From Owenia fusiformis (taxonomy: Eukaryota), in assembly GCA_903813345.2 (NCBI GenBank), contig CAIIXF020000001.1, positions 7,502,001 through 7,566,000 on the forward strand: DNA of 64,000 bases. Direction: 5' to 3'. The position numbers and the translations under genes are program-made. Numbering within the stretch: position 1 is the first letter of the stretch; each line of letters opens with the position of its first letter. Shown here one piece after another: positions 23,726 through 35,500 of this stretch. The notes beneath the pieces are model-generated. The model searched no databases. It saw nothing but the letters and a program-made list of their open reading frames with translations, and was not told the origin of the DNA.

Positions 23726-26508
23726 CATTTGAGCTTGATACCACAACTTGGTACTGGGGAACAAGCAAACCAAACATCAACAAAAAAGAAAAAGCTTCTC
23801 TGAACATTTTGTGTATTTCTGAATATCAATTTTTATTTATCAAAATGTTTCAATTGCCGATAATGTTGTCCTGTCAACAATGGCAATTTGTAAAAATGTA
23901 ACCGATTGATTTTTAGAAATAAATATGAAGTATGTAAAAAAAAAAAAAGTTGCACGTTATCGCGGAAAAATGGTTTCGATGGATTCAGAACTTGCATCAA
24001 AGGAAAGAATAGTAAGGAGGTTAAACTCAATAATGGCCCCAAGAAAATTCCTAATAATAAAGAACGCCGTTATTGAGTTTGACGACGTTGAACTAGTATC
24101 TTAAGTGTAAGGGACGTAGATAATTCTCCCAAGTTGTAATCTTACAGCCAAAAGAATGCGCTCGTTACAGGACTATAGTCCTGGTACGGGATAACATACA
24201 TTACCTCCTTCTTCCCCCTGCTGTAACCAATTTGGAAGCGCCCGATTAAACTGAATCACGTGAATTATGCGCAATGACTTATACACAATTTCTGTCACAG
24301 TGTTGCGACAGCCAATCAGATTGCGAGTTCTTAATCTGGGAAATGCTAACTGCTTATTGCAGGGAGTAAAAAGAAAGAATATATTTCTGGATTTTGAAGA
24401 GACCTTAAAAATTCAGGCAGTGTTGAGTTACCAATAAAATGGGCTCACAGATGGGTAAACAGCAGGTAATATGTAGTAAAATTAAAGAAAAGTATATGAT
24501 GATTCTAGCTGAAGTTAGAATTTTTCAGAATACTCACCATTTAATCACTTTTAAGACTATATTTGCGAAAATTGCGAAGTTTTACTGCGGCCACCATCTT
24601 AAAACATCACTCTAGCGATTGGGGTCAGTGAATTCAAAAGGAGGAAGCCGAAACTACACCACTATAAAATCATAGATTTTCGGTCAAATATATATTGTTG
24701 CTATTTTTTTATCTTAATATTAAATTTGATTTGATTTTTTGTATGTTCATTTTTGTGTTTTTATCGAAAATAAGCCCAAAATTAATATTATTTCGTTTAT
24801 ATTTAGGGGAAAAGTTCACATTTTTGAAACAGCAAGTGCGAGCGTCCTTGAACTTTAAAGTTTTGTAAATCCAGTCGGTATGTGTTTTTCTCCTACTTTT
24901 GTCACGTTTATGTCTTTCAAATAATGAAAAATGAGTTCACAAGTTTATATAATTATTAAATACACCTATTTATGCCAAACGTGTCCATTTCAACCATTGA
25001 AATTGTTAAATCCGTGAAGCAAACGCAAATGTTTACATTATAAAAATTACATCATCATTCAATCCCATTGGATTTGGAATGGGAAGTGAAAGTGAAACTT
25101 ACCATTGATTGTGCTTTGCTAAAGCCCTAGTTACACTAGCACTTTTATCACCGAAGAGTGCTCTTACGCCGGATAAATAGTTCAAGTGTAACAGGGTCCG
25201 TATCTTATCCGTATCCGTGTTATTGACCCTGCTAAAATGATGTATTAATACGGCAACTAAAATCCTGCGCAGGCTATAAGTGGTAAATGTAAACACTGCA
25301 GGGCTAACGCCGGCGATAAGGCGATATATATTTTAAAACTATAAAATAAACTTGGTGGCCCATCTTGCGCCATCGTCCTTCTTACCCTACTGTCCCCTAG
25401 CACTAACAAATGTTGATATGGCATTCCTTATTTTATTATGACGGATCTGAATATCGCATCTTAACCTTTTCTCAATATATGGTCCTGATCTCTTGTTTAA
25501 GACCAAGAAAATGGAACACAGTGACAGCATTTTCTGGCATCCTTCATTCACAAGTATCTATAAGATGGCTATGAGCGCATGCGTGTATAGTTTATATAAC
25601 TGGTGTTTGGATTCTTATGTAAATATCAAAATAATTTATATTGCCGTTCCAATGTTAGATGTAACAGGACTCGTATTTAGGAACACAGGCGTTACATGAC
25701 ACTGACATTGTAGTGTAAATACTGTAAAAGAAGAGATAAGCTGTATCTCAAAGTTGAGGGTCTCATGATTCCTTTTTCATGAAAATCTTTTCAACTTTTC
25801 CATCATCTTTTATCTGAATAAATTGCTGCACTCAGCCTAGATGTGATGTTTTAGATCTAGTAACTTTCCATAGGGTTTTTCTGTGCTAGGAGTTACCGAG
25901 TGCCACGTCTTCCCTGAAGTGTAGTCGTACACTAGCCAAAATTATGCCAAAGGTAACTTCTCTGTAATTTGAGATAGCCCAAACCTTTGTGACTTTGGGA
26001 GAACTTACCAAATGAATGAAAGAATCTATTGAGGTAAGAAATAAAGGTGCATGACATTGACTTTTGAAAATAAATTCAAGTCTTAGAACTCAATGAGACG
26101 ACAGCATGACTACACCTCATGTAAGCTGTGGCACTTGATTAGTTGGGAAGTTATTTCTACCTCTTGCTTTAGCAAGAGGTTTCTTCAGTCCGTCATACGC
26201 CAAGAACCAAATGTTCATGTTAATCTAGTATGGTACATATGTTAAGAGCGTAATCTAGACCATAATTTATATTGTCTACAGTGATTTCACTTTTAATTTA
26301 TAACTCATTTTATTGTTACAATTAGTGCTGTTTATATGTTTTTTTCCCGTTCCATAAAGATGTAACTCAGAGTAACAGTCAAACTCCACACTTTACTCTG
26401 CTAAGTATCCAAACCGTAATTACTTAAGAAGCTATAATTATCATAGTTCAATATTTTCTACATATACAATTTACATGGCATATCTGTTTACTTTATAGAC
26501 CAAGGAAT

Positions 26509-29500
26509 ATGAAGCAGACCAAGAACAACAGGTTCCTACTTCTCTATGCATCCCAGACAGGGCAGGCCAAAGCTATTGCAGAGGAAATCAATGAGAATGC
26601 GCCTCAACATGGTCTCAACCCAGAACTTCATTGTATCAGCCAAACAGAGAAAAAGGTACTTTAATAAAAGTTTTGGTAGTTGTCTTTCAGCCTTTTGACC
26701 CCCCCCCCCCCTATTTTCTCATCAAAGTTGGGATGTTTGAGAGGGAGAGGCATTAGGACCTAGCAAGACTAAATGTTAGGCCTAGTTAAAAAGTGAGTAT
26801 AGCCAAACACTGAAAAACTGATCACAAGATAGTATCCAAGTGTGCGATGAAAAGGTACTGCAGTGAAATTACCCTTTGCATTCGTTCAACTTCACTTCTT
26901 AAAAGAGAGCTTCATCTTCACTCTTTCAGTTTACAATAAATCTCTGATCTCACCGAGCCAATAAGAGTTCGTCGTCCAAATATGGATGACTTTCTATATG
27001 GACATTTCCTCTGACATTACCGCATTTACGTATTTAGCACGTGTTCCTTCCACTTCACTGATTGGTTGAGATTGGGTCAGCATTGGACATTTGGAATGAT
27101 TTATTACCCGGGCTGTCACAGGCACCAATCTTTGGGGCGGGGCTGCTAAACTTTAATATAGTCTATACTAGGCAGAGGGTAGCTTATAACTAGATTCTGC
27201 GAGCAGGGTACAGTTGAATATTTAACAATCATTAAATAATGATACCTGTAGAAAGTGGAGATTAGTTCATCCTAACAATTTACTCACCAGTCCAAAAAGT
27301 CACTTTACACATTAGGCTCATACTGTATACATGTGCTATAGTAATATGGTATAACTCCTTGAATAGAGTTAAATAGAGATTCCTATTCATGTATTCCAGT
27401 TTTCATTAGAGAGGGAATCCTGTGTTGTTATAGTAACATCAACAACTGGTGAAGGGGAACCACCAGATACAGCTCTTAAGTTCTGGAGACGGCTGAAGAA
27501 AAAGACATTACCAGATGATCACCTCAGCAAAGTCAACTATGCCCTATTAGGTAATAGTAATAGAGGTGGAATCACCCACTCATCTATTTGTCTGTCAACA
27601 ATTTTCAAACAATTGAAAACTGGATTTCCTGAAGTAATTCTCATGTCCATTTTTATCAGTTATAAATGCTATATTTAAGTACAGTATGACAACCATCATT
27701 TTTACTTTTACTTTTGTTGTCCTCAAGGTTTGGGAGATAGTAACTACACTAACTTCTGTAACAATGGAAAGAACTTTGACAAGCGTCTCAATGAGCTTGG
27801 GGCAAAGAGATTCTATGAATGTGGCTGGGCAGATGAAGCTGTGGGGTAAGTACTTTGACAAACATCTCATTAAGGCCCTATGGATATTATTGATTTCATT
27901 TTGTCCATGCAAATAAGTTTGTAAAGTGAGATAGCTGGAAAAAATCAAATGTTTAACAAAGCATTATTGATATAAAGTCTTTGAAATAATATAGAATATA
28001 CATGTACAATGTTGTTTCCCAAGGTCTGTTTTGAACTTGGTTCAAATATAAGATATAACAGGCTGACTTTAAAAATATTCACTGTGTGAAGTCTTACATT
28101 TCTGCTTTAAACTTTCCTAAATCATCCCTTGTAATCAAATTCTTAATATTATAATTTCTTTGATTTCAGATTAGAAGTGAAGGTTGAGCCTTGGATAGAA
28201 GGACTATTCACCACATTGAAGACATTCCTGAACTTAAATTGCAATAATGAGCATGCTCCTTTAAACGGTGCCTCAAATATTGAAACTGAAGAGTCAAAGT
28301 CAACTCAAATTACAGACTCTCATGTAAAAAACCCTAGTCTCGAGGGAGGACCCTCAAATGAAGACACTAGCACAGAATCCAGTCAATGTATTATACAGAC
28401 TATCACACCTCAAACTGAACAGACAAGTGAAATTCCTGACAATCCAACAAATGCTGCAATAACTTCAGAACTCAATACAGAAAATAAAAAAGAACCAAAT
28501 GAAAAACCAAAAGAACCAAAATCTCAAGATTCCACAAATTGTGACTGTGATACTGTTGACCATACTATTACGCCATCTATTCATAGGTCTATAGCTCCTC
28601 TAAGTGAATCAGCTCTCACCCTGCCTCTGCTGACTCCTGCCTTCTATAAACTCACCTTCCATCCAGGAGAATCATTGGTAAGTTAAATCAACATTAAAAA
28701 CTATTCAGTATTCACCCCAGATCTTTCAACTATGAGAATACCATGATCCAGCAGGTTTGACTTAAAAATGTCCAATTTGGTCAAACTTAAAATTTTAAAT
28801 TCTGAATTCACAAATTGATGTGAATAGTCTTGTTCCTTATAAGTTTATGTGATTTGCACATGTAGAAAGAGATAATGAACTCAACCTTTATTCATAAAAG
28901 GTTATAAGATTGTTACACAAACCTTAGACACTAGACAAGTGTCACCCATTGACATATTTGACCCAGGTCAGTTCATTCAAAATTTCTCCAATCACTATCT
29001 TGGTAAACATATCTTCTTCAAAATCCTATGAAACTGTATTTAATGATTATCTATATATGTTACATGACCTACAGAAAGAACCTATACAGAATGGCAGCCC
29101 TTTTCCATCAGCAAAATCTGATGTTGTTATGGCAACAGTTACCTCAGCAACCATACTTACAAGACATGATGCAGTAAAGACAGCCTTAGATGTTGGCCTG
29201 GATATATCAGTAAGAACTTAAATGTTAAATTATTAATAATTGTTGCTCTGGTTGATTGAATAACTAATACTTGTATTTCTAAAAAGGTACCATATCACTG
29301 CATCATAAGTACTTCAGATTTGCTATTACTTTTGTATTTTATATTGAATATAAGTACATGAATGTTGGTCCAGTAAGACTCAAGCCTGCATTGAGACATA
29401 ACTTAACAATATAATATTTCACAAATCATTGTAAATAACATTATGTGGCACCTAATACTCCCTCTTGGGGGTGACTCATAGCCACTACAACCTATAAAAA

Positions 29501-32500
29501 AATACAATAAAAAAATACACAACTTTGATTCTTTGAGTGCAAACTAGCACATTTATACATGTTAAATCAATTTCACAGTGCATGTATCATTGATCATTAT
29601 TCTGTTTTTCAGAGCAGTTCTATAAAGTATCAGCCTGGAGACTCATTTGGAATCATATGCCCCAATACTGATCAGGATGTTACCACTCTTATAGAAAGGT
29701 AGGCTACCTCAACCTTCTTCCATTCTTTATTTCTTAAAATGCTTGTGTTCATGGCATTAGTCTCATTTATTATGGACTTCTTTGGTTTTGAAATAATTTC
29801 TTCGATAAAGCTGGTTAAAATGTCCAAACATAATTTTGAAATTCTTAGCTTGGTGCATCTTCACATTGGTTCAATGTTGAGGACTTTGGATGACATGTAA
29901 AGTCTTGTTCAATTTTCATTATGCATTCTTGTTTTGTTAACCTTTCATGGTGCAAGTATGCCTTTAATCTTAACTATGTTTCCAGACTGGAGGTAGCAGA
30001 TCAAGCAGACACTGTGTTTACATTGGATCTGATAGCTGATACAAAGAAGAGGAATGCTGTCATCCCTAGTTTCATACATGAGAAATCCACACTCAGGCAT
30101 TCTCTCACTACATGCTTTGATATAAGAGCTGTGCCAAAAAAGGTAATGATATGATATACCATTCAGTGATCTCCCCAGGATTTTTTCTCATGTGGGTGCA
30201 AAATTATCATTTTCACAATTCAGACCAAAATTTATTGCTGGGGAGATCACTGCTATTAATGAATTATAAGTGGTCAAGTCAAAAATGCAATATTATTCAG
30301 GTTAAAATTTCAATTTGAACTTATAGAATTGATATGTCTTTCTCAATGTTTCTACCTTTCACTATATACAGGCATTTATCCGTGTGTTGGCTGAGTACAC
30401 CAAGGACCATGGGGAGAAGAGGCGTCTACAGGAGTTATGTAGTAAACAGGGGGCAAAGGACTATACAGAGTTTATTAGAGAGCAGAACATAAGTGTCCTG
30501 GATATACTATTGGCTTTTCCTTCTTGTCTGCCTCCTATAGAGCGTTTTCTAGGTAAGTGATACATGTACTGTAGATCTTTATTGTCTACATACTTGACTT
30601 TTACTATGAAACAAGTGAGCTGTACACTTATTTTAGATTTTAAAAAAAGGCTTGCATCCAAATACATCTCACTTTACCCTTGTCAGGGTATTCTGGTGTG
30701 CATATAAAAACCCATTTTCACCAACTTGAAATGGAACAAACTGGTCAGAATTGTGAAAATGAGAATTTGGCACCACTCCTGGAAATCATTCTCAGAAAAA
30801 CATAAATTATTATTACAGCAAATTGTTTCTTTTATTGCTATCAGACTTTAATGGCTTAATATAATTTCTTGTTTTAGAGCAACTCACTAGACTTCAACCC
30901 AGACCGTATTCTATCTCAAGCTCACCTCTGCATTCTTCCTCGTTACATTTTGTATTCAACATCGTGGAAATCCCCGCAGGAAGTGGGAGGAGCTATGCGC
31001 GAAAGGGCCTTTGTACAGGTTGGTTGAACTCAATTACAAAGACTCTTCAGAAATCTGTGGACAGTGACTTGGCGAATGGTGTGAGTGAGCTCACATTGGA
31101 GACATCTGATGTTAAAGTAAGTATAGATCACATATTTTTTAATATATAGAAATAAAGTAATCATAATGAGTTTTCAATCTGTGCCATTTTTGAATCGTCC
31201 ATTAAATTAACCTTCCAACACCAACATAAGTTTAGGTGAAATTGTCCTCTAGAAGTTTGTTTTATATGTAGATAATGATAATGCTGTCAGGATTCCACTG
31301 AATATGAAAGTGGCACATTGTGAGTTTTCACAAATACAGGGATAGTGGGATTGGTTAATATGTTTTATGTCACCACCAGAAGTTATTGTGTCCAACTTTT
31401 TTGTGGATGGTATTTGAAGGTAATGAATGGCAGGTGGTGACATTTTGTGTGTTAATTCCTTGTTATTCATACTGAACAATGAATACTCCTTTAGAATTTC
31501 ACAATCTTGGAAAGAATTGAAGCATATGAATATGAAGTTAAAATTTCTGTAACATGATTGATCAATGAAAAGGAAATATGAAACATGTCAAAATGCAATA
31601 ATATCTACATTAACTGTACACACACTTATTTTTGATTTTTTTTAGATACCAATTTTCACTCGGAGCAACCAAAACTTCCATTTACCTGAGGATATTAGTC
31701 GACCAATCATAATGATCGGCCCTGGTACTGGAGTGGCACCTTTTGTTGGGTTTCTGCAACACAGGTGAGGCATCTTTTATGTGTTAAAAAGGGATAGGGT
31801 CACTTTTAATCAACACTAGTCATTACTTAATCTTAAAATATTCAAAAAATATATTTTTCAGTATTCTCAAGGTTTTCCTATAGGTGTTCAGAAAAAGACA
31901 AAAACTTAGAATTTAATAGAAAAATATATTTCTATTCAACCACAAAACAATCTATTTTACAATGTACATGTATATATAATTATATGACATCAGTTTCATC
32001 AAGAAAAGTTACTGTACATAAATGCATAATATGCCTAAATTAAAAAATATATACTAGTATAAGTACATGTATGTGAAAGATTTATCATACCTACATATAG
32101 ACTAAATAAATTTAAAAGTCAAATATAATATCCTAAAAATATATTTGACCTTTACTGTACATATTAAATGTCTGTTATTCATAAATTGAATGGAAAATAA
32201 AACAGAGAGCTAAAAGTTACATCACTTCTACACTAAATAAAGGCAAAAGCCAAATATGAGTATCATGTCTTCAAAATACATTTGACACATAGATAAAGAT
32301 AAAAAAGATATCCTTTGTCTAAAAATACAAATGCATTTCACTATATTACATAAATGCATGAATGATACTCATGAATTTAAAAAAAACATATAATATGATA
32401 GCATGCCAAAGCGCTTCCATTTTCATCAATTACATTCACCTAAAACTTCATTTTTAATTCATTCTACTAAACACAGGTTATATTTACCTCATTTGTCCTC

Positions 32501-35500
32501 AGAAATTAAGACACATATGATTGAACTATTTTATTTGACAATTTGTTGTCACTAAATGTTTGTTGTTTATTTCAATCAAATGCGAGTCAGTCAGTCATAA
32601 TGATTATTCACCTTGCCTCTCAGGTCCATGGAAGTTCACAATCACAAAAGTGTTAATATTTTTCACACCAGTCAATACTAAAGAATATTACCAGAGAACA
32701 TTATGTCACTCTTGCCAGGTTTAGGAGTGAACATCTACCCCAGACACCAAAAGCAAATGAGACAACAACAACATGGCTTTTCTTCATCTCTCTTTTGTCT
32801 TTCTATAACATCACTAGAATCGACTGAAAAATACAAAGAAAGCATATTTGAGAATAGGGATTTACTGCTTGCTTAGTGGCCCAGTTATATTTGTAATTTG
32901 TTAAATTTAGAATTGAGTGTTATTTTGAAAATAGATAGGCATTGATCTGGTCTGTCCTTGCTTACAGACAAGCTTGATCTGTAAAGTTGTTTAGTTTTGT
33001 TTGTTTAGTACTGTAAAACGGGTAATTTTGACACCTGTAAATTTTAGCGATTTTTCAATTTTAGGGGGTTTTAGCGCGGGAAATTTTAGCGAAATGAAGA
33101 TTAATCTTTAAAAAATCAAATTAGCGAAATGCATAGGTGTATAGATTCTGTAGACTTTGATTTTGAAAGTGATCCTTTGCTCACTTATGGTACGGTAGAA
33201 TTTAAGCAATATCATTGGTTGTTGAACCGTGTTCAATTAACACCTTTTATCTTTATATTTACTACTAATACTATTTCACTGATGGATGGCTATTTATCCT
33301 TCAGATATTGAAAGAAACATACGATTTAAAAATATTTACCTTTTTCAAATTACAAACTGGAAGTCGAGCACTGAACGAAAAGCTCCTTAAATACTAGTAT
33401 TCATGTAGTTTCCCGGGAATTTGCAAATTTTAGCGCCTGGTTTAATTTAACCCCGGTTTATTTTAGCGAATTGAATTTTTAGCGAAACTATAGCGATTGC
33501 TAACAATCGCTAACAATTACCCCTCGCTAACAATACTCGTTTTACAGTAATCCTTTCATGCCACTATTGCTGTAATATTAGATACTAACGTAACTTACCC
33601 TTTGTGTCCTCATTTTGTCTCTCCTCTTTTTGTTCTGGAGCAGGAATAAGCCAACGCATGGGGAATCCCTCACAAGCTTCTCGAAAATGTTGGCTTAAAA
33701 ATCTGCGATCACTGATTGGCTCCTCAGCTGGGATATATTTTGGAAGATCAGCATCTCTATCATGTGACATCAAACCATCTCCTCCCTGTTTACAAAGACA
33801 AGAAATAGCATAAATAATCCTTAATCTTAAGTTGAATTTAAAATATATTTAGTCGCTGTGATTATTCCAGTGTAATAAGCTCTCTAAATGTGTGATCTAA
33901 TATACATGATGGGTAGTTAACTTACAGGGTGGTGTTCCATATAGCTCTCCATTGCCTCAGGAGTAAGGGCACTTCTACTGAGGGGGTTCAGGTAGCACAC
34001 ATAGCTGTCATCATCAACAACTTTCATCATTGTTAGACCCTGGAATATATATTTTCTGCCACATATAACATCCGTAAATTGTACTGTACAAGAAGAATTG
34101 CTCTACTGAATGAGAAGTAATTTTAGTTAAAAATGTCACCTTTTACATGTTGGTGAAAGGCGGTAAAATTACAGTTCAGCAATATCAATGTTCTTGTGTT
34201 AAAGGATGGTGCAGTTCAATGATAAAGTTACCTTGTCAGTTTGAATTTTGGGAAAAAAAGTAAACCTTCAACTTGGTTACCCTTATAAGTTATATATACA
34301 TGTTCTTAAGAAACAGTGATATCAAGAACTGGGTACTGAGACATTCACTGGAACTTCATGTAAAGTATTCTAAAGATAACTTACATATTTAGAACATTAG
34401 CTTATATTACATGTATATTATTTTATGGACATTAGATATAAGCCTGGATTAAGATGATAAGTTATTTACCTTTTTGAAATCATTGTATGCATAGTACCCT
34501 TCTTCTGGATCATCCATTTCTGTCATGTCATTATCTTTGTCCACTTTCACAACTGCATTCGCTGCAAGCCTGTACTCCTGAAAAATATATTGAAACACTG
34601 AAATTTTCTTTATTTCTAATGGTGAAGAATAGTAATTTAACTTTCCTTTTACATTGTCTCTCATACCAGTTTGCATCGGCCAAGCGCTGCTTTAAATTAT
34701 ATGTGTTTTAGTGTCATATTTAAGTGTGTGAGACACAAATAAATAAGTTAAGAAACTAACTTTAAACAGGTTGTATGGTGCAGTTACCTTAATAGTGTCC
34801 CTGGCAAATTGATTGCTGAGTTTCAGTGCTCCTAGAACTGCTCCCATTGTAATGAGTAGAATCATCACAGCCACAACTGCGCCTATTATGTACTTCTTGT
34901 TGGAATGTGCAGCAGGCTTTTGAGATTCCTAAATCATAAAATCAATATAACGACTTACTTTTAGTATAAAAATCCACCATCAAAAGTATTATTTCATGTT
35001 CAATTGTGATCATGAGTTTTGGGAAAATAAAAATTTGAAAATGTTGATGGTTTTCTGGATGTTCCAATATTTTGAAAAATATGAAACAGAAATTGGTTAA
35101 TGTAAATTGTTCAGTAATTTTTTTGCCAAGATTTCTTCTATATAGGTAAAATATATATATGAGAAATAAAATGAAACTGTTTTCAAGTAAACTGTATATT
35201 TAATTGAGTTGATCAAGTTGATCCATCAAGCCTAGTAGCAATCAAGTTGACGACAAATATTGAACCCCAATCTTTGTAACTGATGATAAACCTTCATGTA
35301 CCTGAATCACAATTGGCTCTGGGTAGCTATTGTAACTGTTTGGCATTGCCTTCTTCTCAGAGTCCATCTTGATGGTGAATATCTGTTAAACTCTTGTGAG
35401 GTTTTCCTGTGTTCTGTTTAGTGTAGAAAAGTTGATCTGAAAACTGCTGCTGAATTCTGGCTTATATAAGATGGCTAGCTTATTGTTGTTTTTCTAGAAG

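Larger units (their letters stand above)
17377..23947 (+). mobile_element. Apparently full-length CR1/L2-group non-LTR retrotransposon
   Basis: Intact ORF1 and ORF2. AATAAA at ~23918 followed by A13 at 23936-23948. Candidate TSD AGTTGCACG at 17368-17376 and 23948-23956. Confidence 0.88.
16665..24095. mobile_element. AcademH-like non-autonomous DNA transposon (~0.85 kb of its own sequence) containing a LINE
   Basis: Perfect 9-bp direct repeat GTATCTTAA at 16656-16664 and 24096-24104. Ends are TAGTCCAAC...GTTGAACTA. Hairpins start about 14 nt inside each end (ttagacctagcccgggcc...ggcccggctaggtctaa; aaactcaataatggc...gccgttattgagttt). TAG..CTA ends with a 9-10 bp TSD fit AcademH. Confidence 0.65.
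16223..24193. mobile_element. Fold-back MITE of about 0.5 kb whose right arm is split by a 7.4-kb insertion
   Basis: The left arm 16223-~16420 is the reverse complement of ~16545-16664 joined to 24105-24193. Shared blocks include caggactatagtcctg, gattacaac.tgggagaatt and cttacacttaagatac. Confidence 0.75.
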
